Of a stretch of DNA of 33,000 bases, positions 13,437-25,900 are shown one piece after another. Numbering within the stretch: the stretch's first letter is position 1; each line of letters starts with the position of its first letter. A program made the translations under genes and the position numbers. Below the pieces are notes generated by a model, which was not told the origin of the DNA, searched no databases, and saw nothing but the letters and a program-made list of their open reading frames with translations. The stretch is from Laetmonice hystrix. Lineage: Eukaryota. Location: assembly GCA_965235115.1 (NCBI GenBank), contig OZ249445.1:13888001-13921000 (forward strand). Direction: 5' to 3'.

Positions 13437-16400
13437 CAGTGGCTACTCTAGGGGTCTAGGGGTCACGAATCGGGGTATACGCCCTCTGTGGCGTGAACGT
13501 GAATGCTGCTTTCCGCTTGCTGTTCCGGTCACGTTCTGCTAATACAAGGTGATTGTGACTGAAAGGGCGCAGTGCCGCACTGGGAACTCTTACCATTCCA
13601 ATGTCATAACAGAGAGGTGAAATATGATTGCAATGTCGGCAATGCTGGGAATGCAGGTCCACCGCTGGACCCGTGCGGCCTTCCCATGTAGAGCACATGT
13701 AATGACGTCCTGGCTATAAATCATCCACTTGCTTCTGTGTCCCCTTGCCCTGTTGCCCTTTCCATCAATTCGTAACCATCTGACCAGCTCAGAATCAATG
13801 AAGCTCAGCAAAACATTTACTGCGCTCGCTCGTTATATGAGACGGTTAGCTATAACGGCAGGGTCATCCACGACTAATTGTGGGCACGGGGTGGAGAACT
13901 AAATCTATGCCACCTGCCGATCTTTCCACTCAATTTCATGCCAACATCACATTTCCATATGTCTGGTAATGTTCAGAACCCATCACCGTGACACTTCATT
14001 ATGCAGGGCCGCACGTAGTCTCAAATTTCAGTCTCCCCTTACTTTCACTTCACTTCTCCTCATGATCTCAAATAACCGGACTTTATAAATATTCTTCCTA
14101 CAGTTTTTAACAGCGCTGACTTTTCTGATATTACATGGTGTACAGATTGCCACGGCAACAACATGCTCCAAGGCAAAGAAGCAGTTCAATCACAATCATT
14201 ATCATAAAAAATAAAATTCGGCTTAAGTATTAATACAAAAGTCCAACAAGAGGAAAGCATGCATCATATTGAGAAGACCGAGAAAGTTGATGGTTGCTGT
14301 GTGAGTTCTGCTGATGTTGGCCTGCGCACCCTGCCAGTACCAAGTGTCGCACGTACCGGCCTCAAACTCCCATTTCCATGTACTACTGACAGTGGCCAGG
14401 GAGAGATAGGTACCTGCCGGGGGGTGACACCGCAGACTGACCACCTGTACAACGGCCCCAGGTAGCCCTTCCTACCATACTCACAGTCACCATCTAATAA
14501 AGGCATCTCCTATAGTAGATCCGTTTTTCACACACCCTCCCCAGCTCATTGAGACATCCTCCGAACAAGCTCTCCCAGTTGCGTGTAAACATTTCTCTGA
14601 GTTGCTCCAACATGTGTCATTGCCACAAAAACAACAGTTGGCTGGTTAATCCTAGCTCGGGATAGATAACAGGCGAGGGGTATAGGAAGCTCAGGGGGAG
14701 ACGTCGGGAACGGTGAACCGTAATCTCAGCTGTATATTATTAGTACTTGGCATTATCAGAATAACTGGCGCTGGCAATCATTACAGAGATGAAAATGTAA
14801 CGGAGGAAGGCTTCAGGAAGGAGCCAGGAAGCGAGAAGGTAAGTCTTTTAAAGGTGAATACATCACGGATACATGTAGTGTGAGAGGGGATGGTGTCGGG
14901 TGACGCCCCCCCAGCCAGGCCAGCCAGGCAATCCCCCAGCCAGCCGCCTCCAACCAGCACGCAGCCTGAGTGAGGAGTCGGCAATCTCAGCCACTGCTGA
15001 TCTCTCAGAGCGTCACTGACATTCCCCTAATTACACGTCAATCTGCACCAACTAATTGTGAAGTGTAATTAGCTTTTGAGAGCGGCCCTGGTTAATAAGA
15101 CCCGGCCCTCTCTCGGCCCGCCCCTGTGCCGCCACCGTCAGAGAGGTCCATGGTGAGAGGACATTGTCGACCTACACAACGGCTCCACCGTCTCCAACAC
15201 AATGTCAAACAACCACGTGTCAGCCATACGTCCTCATTAATACTATTTCTTGCGTTTACTGGATATGTAATCAACCCCAAAAAGGTCGGGTGGTCGTTAT
15301 AATTGAGTGTACTACATGGGATTGATAATATGATACGTTCTCGACGGTGGTTTTATGAAAACTTCATTCCGACCCAGAAAACCTTGTGTAAATCTACCAC
15401 CATCAAACGACGATCACATGACATACAATGGCAGCTCAATGTTATCGAAATGATGATAATCGCCCTATTACTTTGGCGAGCATTTCTTTACGTTGATTTG
15501 ACTCTTGCTATGTTTATGCTCCGTAACATGCACAACCATGTAAAATCGGGGAGAACGACAAAACTTACAAACACATAAATTTATGGCGTTTGATTGTTGC
15601 TAACCATCAGCCGTTGAAAAGTAAACGATTTAGGCCTTGGAGACGTATCTATGGCCTCTAAGATTAAGATTTTCCATTTAGTTGGTTTCCCACGGCAACT
15701 GCTACTTCCATGTAACCAAGGCCATCTGATAAATTGCAAAGAGGACACATGACAGAGCTCTTACTGAACCGTTGATAAGCAGCAACAGCTGGTAAAATAT
15801 TATCAAGGCTTCCAGTGGGGTTTCCGTGCTAGCCGCCCTTTAAAATGTTACCAAAACCTCGGTCGTCATGGCAACTGCTGGTGACAAATTGCTATGACAT
15901 CTTACGGTTGTTGACGGCCTCACTGATCGGTTATTGTTATAGTTGGTACCTACTGAGTCTACACTGCAGCACTTAGTCACCAGGTCGAGCACAGCTGGAG
16001 GACCTTGACCCTCAAATGAGCAGGAACTGTTCTAGTTTTTACGAGGCCTTTGAGTCGTGCCCCAGCCATGTGCCTTCACTGTAAATCATCACGCATCTCA
16101 TCCCTAGCCTTGCACGATCTTTGATGACTGACATTTATCATGGTTCAAAGGACCCATCTGAGAAGCATCTTCCCGCAATTGTGGAGAAGGCCCTTATGGT
16201 ATCGACGTCCATAATTACTTAAAATAGGGCTAATCCATCCCTTTGGCATCAGGTTTATCCTAACCCCCAAACAGCGTATTGTTGATAATGGATGGAAATG
16301 GAGGAACATAGAGGATCAGATGGGCATGTGAACGACATTGCAATGATAGAAACTCACAGCCTGTTATCGTTCTGTCCAAGTATACTAAGTACCACGCGCC

Positions 16401-16698
16401 ATCTTGCCATCAGCCATAACCATCCAACAAGTTGTATGTAGACAGGAGAAAATGCTAGAGCCCCTTCACCAGGATCCGGCAGTGGATGGACGCTGTCTGG
16501 CCAAAACACCAAATTACCGGCAGTCTACTGTGTCCTTGTACTACCTTCTTCACTGGCCCGCAGTGCTAATACTTCACAATCTCCCCCAATCACCACCATC
16601 ATCTACTGGTATCATTTGTAGCTTTCGCTAAGATGGCATAATATTCTGTCTCTGTCTGTAGCAGGAATCGTGTCCAGTATCCCAGTCCACGGGAAGGA

Positions 16699-16780
16699 GG
16701 GGGGGGGGGGGGTGTTCGGTGGTGGTGGTGGACATGAGTGGTGGCATCAGGTGGTGGTGGCGGCCACAGGTAGTGGTGGT
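16699..16780. repeat. Poly-G (14 nt) followed by a GGT-rich low-complexity tract
   Basis: G14 at 16699-16712, (GGT)4 at 16718-16729, further GGTGGT blocks to 16780. Confidence 0.85.
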
Positions 16781-18796
16781 CAGCCAATTGGTGTGGCGCC
16801 ACGTCCCTCATCAGCCGGACTTCTCCAGAATGATGACTTTTAGCTTCAATCATGGACACCCCCTCGTTCACCTGCACATCTTCAATTCCCACTGCTTGCT
16901 CCCCGTTACTGAATCCGCAAACCTCGCCCTTAGCCATAGCTGCTTCAAAGGTATCCATGGTAACCAATATATTAGGTAAGGTTCAGCCAATTCTGGAAGT
17001 GGGCAACTTGACTATGAAATCTGGCGTGTCATTACAGCTATGCCGTCCCAAGAGGCAGTGCGTGACTCCTGACCTATGGGAAGATTGGCCCAATCTATCT
17101 AGTCGTGCGCCCATATTAACGGTCTAGGTGACCACTTTTTATGCTTTCTCAGAGAAGTCAAAGGTCCCCGGGAAACACATGTAGTGTGATAAGTCACGGG
17201 TCTCTCTCCACTGGGACATGAAGCCCGAGGAATCAGGCACTGCAGCAGCTGGGCTGTTTCCCAAACTGGGCACTGACTGTACAATGGCAGTGACGCATAC
17301 TATCCGAGAGAAGCTGTGCGAGTAGAACAATAGTCTGACTGATTGCAACCATTCACTAATACACTAGCCCTCATCCCTGTCACATATAAGCTGCCCTAAC
17401 ATTAACATATAAAACGTATTTACACTGCGGGAGCCGTAACACCACCATGCACCATCAGTCGCACCAACATAGACCAGCTTAAAATTACAACTAGCATCAG
17501 CTTTACAAAATAATACCAGAAGGCACATAATAATAGCTCCCCGAAAGTGGTCATCTTTCCCTCTGAATTCCTCTTAATTATTTGCAGTGCTGACTGTTAC
17601 CACTGGACTTAAGATGGCTGCACGTCGGCTATTACTGGAACCTGACTTTAAACTAGAACAGCAATGTACATCAATCCAATAATAGACTATCTCTGTGCCA
17701 ACCAGCAAAGGTCAAGACACTATGTGGCCCGGATATTGTCACCAACGGAACCAGCAGGCACAGGCTTCATTTTCTGCGCTTCAGAACGAGCTTTTCTTCC
17801 ATTGGAAGATTTCTCATGGAATAGTTAAGTTTAGGTTTGGTACCAGGCTGTGTTACTTTACGAGTGTTTAGTGAGTAGTTCAGCACCTCTTTGTTTCCGA
17901 CGGCCCTTCACCCCATACATGCATCAATAGCTCCTGCAATCCCATTCCTTTCTCACCCCTTCGCCATGTAGTTCTATCCTTGTCACTTGCTCGGCTCGTG
18001 TCGGATCAAAGGTCACCAGCCACCCCTCGCCTGGCCGCCTCCCGGGAGACCCTGACATACCCCTGACCCCTCCCGCTGGTTCCTGCGGATCGCCAATACC
18101 TGAGGCTCTTTGATTCTACACGCCGATCCCCTCTGCTCTCCCCGCCTTCAATCTGTTTAGTTCTTACAGGGCCCCGAGTCCAATCACTATGTTATCAGGC
18201 CACCCCATCAGGACGGCCAGTCCTCCGCAGGTGATCAATTAGTGGTCAGCTTTGATGGTCAAGTGACCACTGGATTGTGTCAAGCCGAGGCTGGAGTATA
18301 GCGACGATAAGCCAACTATAGTCACGCCTAACATTTAACTCAAGGATCGAGGCTCCAATATTAGCTTAAGGTTCGCTGAACAACACTTGTACGAGTTAAA
18401 TATTGCCATAGTGCCTGAATAGCGTGAATTATACCGACGATAAGTATACGGACATGTACAACTAAAACCATTATCTCAGTTGCTGCTCCCAATGATCATG
18501 CTATTGAAGCTGGCATGTACAACTGGCAGTGGGAGGGTGTAGGGGTGGAATGTTTGAAGATGGCACAGACTGAAGGACTGATATTGTTTCAAGGAGCCGG
18601 GCAAGAGGAGGCGGGCTGTAGCGAGCAAGTCTTGTTTCAAAAACGTCAGTTCCACACCCTCGCATGTAATGATGACGTGTACTTCTACGTCTCTCAAATA
18701 CACCGAACACGGAAATCTGTACAAACCTCGCTCTGCAGTCTTATTACACTGAACATAAGGACAAACAAAACATAGGCACTAACATCCTTATTTCTG

Positions 18797-18808
18797 CCCC
18801 CCCCCCCC
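18797..18808. repeat. Poly-C homopolymer (12 nt)
   Basis: Read directly. Confidence 0.95.
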
Positions 18809-20002
18809 GCTCACGAAGCCGGTTTGTGTGTTTTAGGTGTGTCCAGGAACTACAGCACTCAGTCCCGATGATACGGGCTTCCTTCCCTCATCGAGTCCCT
18901 CAAGGGTGATGGCAACCTGGTGGGGTAATCTCACAACACACAGTCAGTCTCTGCACGACTGTGGACACACAGCACATGATATGGCGTGTCTCTCATCAAA
19001 TATACACTTCATGGCACGCTGCTTCCTTCTGTGAACGAAATCACACAGCTAATTCACTTCTCCCAGAAATATGTCCGAATTTAAATGACAAGAACCAATT
19101 TGGTGCACGTGCGTACAGATCTGAATGCACAATTAGTCCAAGAAACCTACTGGGTGCTGAAGATGGTGCGAAGAAAACAATGTCTTGACACTGGAGCTGT
19201 GGAAAGTGGCTCACGCAAATAAAAGCTCTAAGTAGTATACGGAAAGTTGCTGTGCATGCTGCATGCCCATTTCTACATTCTGTCATGTAGTACCGATAAC
19301 GTTATGGACGCGGTATAGTTTTCATATAAAGACATAGGACACACTACGGCTGTTCTCCAACCATATATAACATTCATAGACTTATAAAATAACGTATGGT
19401 AATTACATACCGGTATATCCTTAGATATCATTATCGTCAGTAATCATGTATTCCTAGCCTAACGTAACGTATTTGGTATATCGTTAGCATTGAGCAGCTA
19501 CATATTTCAGAGCAGGGGATCGACAATTTTTGTTTTTGTTATTGTTGTTTTCAAAACCATCTTACTAATTAAAATGAAGGGTCAAAACGCGTGAAATTAT
19601 CTCACAAAGTGTGCGCATTCTGATTCTGACGGGTCACTCAGCACAAACTATGCTTCAGATTACAGACAACTTTCCTTCAGATTGCATGCCCAACATAATC
19701 ATGCTGCACTCTAAATATTTGATTAAAGACGAAACAACAGCGCCGGGGTCAAATTTTCTGCCTCACCACTTACTGTGACAACTGCCATTTTTCTTTCAAT
19801 TAAAACCGAAACGCTTCATTCACGTGAAGACAAAACTCCCTGGCAACAATATTTCAGCCCTTCCCTAAATTCATAAGCACAGCAAGAAAAAACTGATATC
19901 AACCATAATTCTGTTGTCAATAGATCGCCGTTCAGTTTCCGATTATAGGTGGAAAACTTTTACGTACAAAATCCGTAAGCTAAGGAAAGTGCGACTGTTT
20001 AC

Positions 20003-20066
20003 CTTGAAGCGATTTGTTAACCGTCCAGTGGCTGCACTAAACTCACCTGTAAAACAAACAGTAAAG
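20003..20066 (-). other. Candidate 3' splice site fused to a 5' splice-site motif, with a possible 44-nt exon (20046-20003)
   Basis: Minus strand reads CTTTACTGTTTGTTTTACAG|GTGAGT..., then AAG|GTAAAC 44 nt downstream. Only one frame is open (xEFSAATGRLTNRFK). No transcript evidence. Confidence 0.3.
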
Positions 20067-21860
20067 CGACGGTCAGCCACAAATATTTGGATCTAAGGAA
20101 GTTCAACATGTTCTCCATGCACGCCATCCAACAATCCATTACCAATATGGAAATGAAACCGTGAAATAATCTTAATGGAACCATAGCTGGGGTTATTTTT
20201 GCTAGGGGAACAATTCACAATGTGCAACATGTCACTGTAAATCGCCGCAGAATGCCACTGAGTAACTGTCAATCAATGCAACATGTTTTTATTCCTTAAA
20301 ATGTAGTTTTATAATGATTAAAGTGCAGTCAACCTTAGAGCAATATCCGGAGGTATTTCTTCTTCAAGATTGTTATTCTCCAATCTCATTCGTCAACAGA
20401 AAACTCCGGACTTTCTTTTAAAATACCAGCACATGTTTGGGATATGACTAAATGTACATGTCGAATAGCTAGTCAGAGAGCTCCAATTACAAACCCTGGA
20501 ATAACATACTCGGCCCTATGACAAACAAAAAAAACTTATTCAAAGGCAAAGTTTAAAGTAACCAAATGAGTAATAGTGAAAGAAAAAAATGAAGGCACTG
20601 AGCAAATGGACGATTGATTGCGTTACCCTTCTGGCATAGCAGCAATCTTTAGGGGGAGATCATAACCGATTTCAATATACCGGGTATTGAGTCTGTGATA
20701 TTGATGTGGATATTATATGGGGAATATGAGTAAGACACCTGCCATAATGCTCTGTGCTTTCACAAGAGACTTGAAAGCTTCTTTGACATGCCAGACTTCA
20801 TAAGCAAAGTGAGAAACCCACCCTTTGGTAACACAGCAGGGAACACTGTGGGGTTTCAATAGACGAGCGAATGGAAATCGTAAACCACTGGCCCGTAGAT
20901 AGGCCAAAGCTGGGTCTTACACTCTCGGCTATTAAGCCCCCACTCTTTAAAAAAAAAAGATCTTTAGGAAGAAATATCTCCAAATTTTAAATATCTCAAT
21001 GAACATGGGCACTCATATTGTGGGGAAGTAATGGAGTCCAGGTGTAAGAGCAAAATACCAGTAGGCAATGATTGGCCTAAACGTAAAGGCTGTCGCCCGA
21101 CATGTTTTACAAAATTTTCCTTTCCTCTTTAATTAGTTTATTAATTCATAATCATGCCCCATCCGATTATCCTCACCTAGCATCGCAGGCTGCTGCCTCA
21201 CTCTTCAATATCAACGGCATGCCTGGATCATCAGGCCACATGCAACCCACATCTAACATTCCAGGAGAAAACGGTATTAACCACAGGCGCTGGTTCAAAC
21301 AACTTCAAAGCTCTGTACCTGATTGAAACGCTGGCGATCTATTAATTATCACCATGGTAACGGCTTAACAACCACCTAGCTAAAGTCGCTGTGATAATTT
21401 CTTCGAAGTCAACGAGCATAGCCTGAAAACCAACCACAAGATGCATGAGTAAAACAGTTTGACTGGGGACTTAGATCAAGAAGAACTGATAGCTCAGGGC
21501 TTGCTTGTATTCCGAGGCTCTAATCATGCGCTCTTTGTAGATAACTCTAAAGGAACGTCACAAGTCTAATGTGAGCCTAAGGACAGCGGTATGGGATAAT
21601 AAGTCATGATAACAGGCCGCTAACAACAAAATGTACATTCCAAAGTCCTGCCTTTGTACCCTTACCACATCTATACTGTGCATTTCAGGCAGAAACTGAA
21701 ATTCGTGCACCCGCGCCCTAACATGAGGAACCACCCAGATTCTGACCTCGGCGAGGGCTGGGTCAAAGCCCAGACGTCTGGGTCAAATGGGGTGAATTCA
21801 CTAGGTTTGTGGTAGCTTTGAGGTATTTAAATAGAATGCTATCAGGAAGTGGCCATGGGG

Positions 21861-21923
21861 CAGGTGCTCACCTGACTTTGAACACCTTTACAGGTAGAGC
21901 ACAGACCTGACTGAACACCCTTT
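21861..21923. repeat. Degenerate tandem duplication of about 30 bp
   Basis: CAGGTGCTCACCTGACTTTGAACACCTTTA followed by CAGGTAGAGCACAGACCTGACTGAACACCCTTT; shared blocks CAGGT, ACCTGACT, TGAACACC, TTT in the same order. Confidence 0.55.
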
Positions 21924-22881
21924 CAATAACTCTAGATACCTTCATACTTCTACCAGACGTGCTCACCACCCATCATAAATAAACGTGCAGTTTGTAAGAG
22001 AAAAACTTGATGAATGCAACTACCAACTGTTTGAACAACTTGTGTTTACTCTATAAAAACTGTCTCCCTGTCAAGACTTTCTAGGAAATACTGCAGCGGT
22101 TGAATATATTTGGGGTTTCATTTAGGATAAGGCTGTCAGCAACACAACTAAAACTGAATGTGCGTTTTTTTTCTGTTTAAATCCTGAGGCTAGCATTCTG
22201 GGGCTAAGCCTCAGGCAACGAGAAAATAAACAATAAGAACACACCACAGACGTGACCAGAAAACTATAATTATGCGACCTCACCTGTGAAGTTAAATTTA
22301 GATCAAAGAAGAGATGAAATGCCGACTTGGTGGTTCATGAAGCATTGTCAATATAAAAGCTTTACAACCTATCTGGAGGCCACCACAGCAGCAAATGGAA
22401 TAGAAACCAGACGATGGTTTCTGATACTAAGCTCTCTCTGACTACCCCGAGTCGGTAAACTTGTCTCTAGATCCCAACAATTTGTCCGTCCTCCTACAGG
22501 TACATATCTTCCTACACCCAGAACAGGTAAGTTTATCCCATGCTGCTATGGCAACGCACGTGTAGATGACAAATAGTCTACATGAGAAGTTCCATGGCTT
22601 ATATCAGATACTTGGCTGATATTTCTATACGCAAAACCCAATAACTCTTTAAACCCGCTCTCCCCTTTCAACTTTTCTTCATCCTCATCCCTGGCCGTGG
22701 TGTCATCTCTCCGAGCACTGCTGCTCCCAACACAGCACCAGTAATGACCTCAATGTGACCTTGGGGCCACTCATCACTGATACTAATCTTTCGGATTGTG
22801 TCTTTGATGTAGTTTCGGCGCAGTCAGTCCACACAGCACAAGGCTAGACCTTTCATCTCCCGACCCAGACTTTCATCTAAC

Positions 22882-22968
22882 ATGGCCTCCAGCAACAGCG
22901 CCCCCAAGGGGTTGAGAGGAGAAACAAACCCTCCTGGCGCACCGCCAGCCGCCAAACGCACTAACCAG
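22882..22968 (+). CDS. Candidate initiating coding exon of an unknown gene (MASSNSAPKGLRGETNPPGAPPAAKRTNQ)
   Basis: aacATGG start context, 29 open codons rich in C-ending codons, ending at CAG|GTAAAC in phase 0. No homology recognised and no downstream exon confidently linked. Confidence 0.25.
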
Positions 22969-25900
22969 GTAAACCCACCAGTAATGGGATGACGCAGGCC
23001 ACAAACAGCTTTAGCATTCTCCTCTTCCAAAACATAGATAAGAAAGAAAGGCCCAATAAAAATAATCACGACGTGCATTCTTTAAAAAAGTACACTTCAT
23101 ATCAAAGCACATGAAATGGACCATTAGACTTGACAAACTTTGGAACTGCATGAACATTACAAGTTTAACGGCAAAGAATACAATACACAACAGTCGATTT
23201 CTTTTCTTTCAATTGCCCCGATATAACAAAACAACCTCATAGCTAAAGTGGTATTCGAGGAACGGGAAAGAACAAGCTGTGCTGGGCACATAAAGCAACA
23301 AACGCCTTCAAGGCATCAGGCGATGTCCGTCAGTGACAAACCACAAGGCTTCCCGTCCGTCCATCATCCTCACAAGCCAATTATCCCCTCTTACGCAGGC
23401 GTCCGGCAAAAACTCCCTCTAATTTCAAATTACCTGATAAAGTGGCGCCCTCTATATCCACTCCAGCCATCAACAGAGTGCGCCCTTGCTGCTCATGTGA
23501 CCTCGGCAACGCTGCAGGCAGCAAACAGCCCTGCTTCGATCCATCACGGCAGGATGGTGGCAGGGTGTCGGGGGAAGGTGGAGGTAATGTAAGATGTTGG
23601 AAGCTACGCCCTAGCCTGCAAACTGGTGCCAACTATTTGTCCTGGATTCAGGAAGCGAGGTGACAACAATCGGATGTTACAGTCGATATCACCTGAACGA
23701 TATGTAGACGTTCTAAGATACGGGGCAGGGATCCCAGGAGAGAACCAAGCGATTAGAGTTACGGTTCTGGTCAGGTTATTTATGTAAAACTTTCACGGAC
23801 AACACTATTACTAAACAACACAATTTCACATCATGTAGGAACCTTTCATTTCTACTCCCCAACAAAATTCCCAGTTAAAATCGCCTGTCAGAAATCCACA
23901 CCAAAACTGACGTTATTTTGCTGGCGGAGAAAACCGATGGCGGATGATATGTGTTTCAACCCATGGATCAATGCCTGTATCGCTGTCTGTTTCCGAAGTG
24001 AAATGTGTCCTGCTACACAACGACGTATTTTCTTGTCTTGTGTCATCAAAACACATGCGATCACGAACTGCTTCTCAGACGCTTCCGCTGATAAATAATA
24101 TGGGGAACGTGATCTGTGTGTATGGACATGGGAGTCTCTGCTCGACAAAGATTCGGCAGTCTATTGTCTGAGCAAGAATTCTAGGTTCTATGGTTGAAGT
24201 CAACATAATGTACAAAGCCCACAATGCACCACAGTCAACGTCATCCCACAAATAATAACAAGATATGAATGAGATCTTTAAGTCCATACAACACGGAGAG
24301 GGGGGAAATGGGAATTTGAAACGGAAAGAAATAGATCTACATCCTTATCGGACGGAACCTCCTCTACCTAGACAAGTGGCCCAATAAATCTATGCATCAA
24401 AAGAATACTAATCTTTATAACACTATTTCTTGTATAGCCTTTCCTTCTGAAGCGACATAACCTTACAACTTCAAAATTTGCGTTTAGGCGTAAACACCAC
24501 TGTACCATGGTGGTCACCACTTCAGGTTCATGTTTTAGGTGTGCAGTGTTACATTGAATCATATTATTACCAGTTCAATCTGGGCGTTTGTATTCACAGT
24601 GCGGAACGAACAATTAGATGACAACATAAGGTGTTACTGAGTGCACAAATTACAGCCTGAGTTACGGATATGTATACTTCATTATCAATGTTTACATAGT
24701 ATGTGTCTCAGCCTAGTCGGAATGTACACCAGGAATGTACATGTTTATCAGATAATGGCGATAGCTTTAGTCCAGTACTCTTGTGGCGGCCTATATCATT
24801 TAGGCACTGATCCTTTTTCTGATTGTAGACCTTGAAAAGTCATCCCGTTTGCTATGGCTGTCAGAAATCTGAATGGACTGGACAATATTTAACGCTCTTG
24901 ATAACTACGTTAATAGATCCTAGTTCAGTCCTCAGCCGTCTCCTGTGTCTATAACAACTCATGTCGAGCCCTCAACGACCATGTCACAGCTGGGAGTGAC
25001 ACATTTTGAAACCTGTCTACTGTCATTTGATTTCTTCCCAACAGTAAAACATACAGTGTTGTGTAGATGTATTTAATTAACTGAAGCTTAACAAAATAGA
25101 GCTAATATGTACAATATACGCTTGTGCTGAACCTGACTAAAGCTTTCGGCAAAGCTCCATATCAAATTCCTATCGTTTATCACCCTGATCCAGTGTGGGG
25201 AACAAAGCCGAGGCCAAAGGTTGCCCAGTAAAAAAGATGTGTTCCATGTAGAGAACAGCTGCTCTGCATTCCGAACACTTGATCAATAAGCCCTCGCGGC
25301 CAATCTCTCCCTCATTGAAATCATTCTACTTTTCTTTCTGCCTTTCTCCGTATTCCTCCTCAATAAGCTCCAGATGGGAGAGCGGTGGTTTATTCCGATG
25401 ACCATATTCATAGCGGAGGGCGGGCGGTGAGAGAGGCCTGAATTGTGCCAATCGGTGGCCTGATAATGAGTTACCGAGAGTTGTAATCAGCGTCAGGCTG
25501 AGCCGGTGGGCCGGACGTGCACGTGTCAGCACCGTTTTACTCCCAACATTTTCCTCGTGATGGATCTACTCGCAACTAAAGCCCGGAGGAAACGGTTGCC
25601 CTGCTCCGGACGACACAGCCGTCTCGCACTTACGGCCCAATCTAACATTGTGCCAGACACATTATTCCCGCTCTCAAAGTATAAGATTGATACCACTGCC
25701 TTGTATGGTCACTGTGAACATACCGTAGAATCTGCACGGCATAGTCCCTTCCGATATTTTGAGGCCCCTTGAACAAATTTGTGCAATTCTCACTGAGAAT
25801 TTTACTTTTCAGTTATTAACCTAACCTGAAGGCAGGGGTAGATTTTTCTTCCAGCCACGTCACATACGACAGATGCCCCTGGCCCAAGTATTTAATGACT

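Noticed and set aside
15027-15072. Hairpin CTAATTACAC...GTGTAATTAG
   Set aside because: A 10-bp stem with a 26-nt loop is expected about once per window by chance.
16599-16979. 122-aa Pro/His-rich ORF (minus) and 86-aa ORF (plus)
   Set aside because: Openness and composition come from the poly-G/GGT tract; no homology or clear splice boundaries.
23381-23632. Ankyrin-like words (GRTLL, AGVDIE) in the minus-strand ORF
   Set aside because: Spacing does not fit the 33-aa ankyrin repeat and there is no second repeat.
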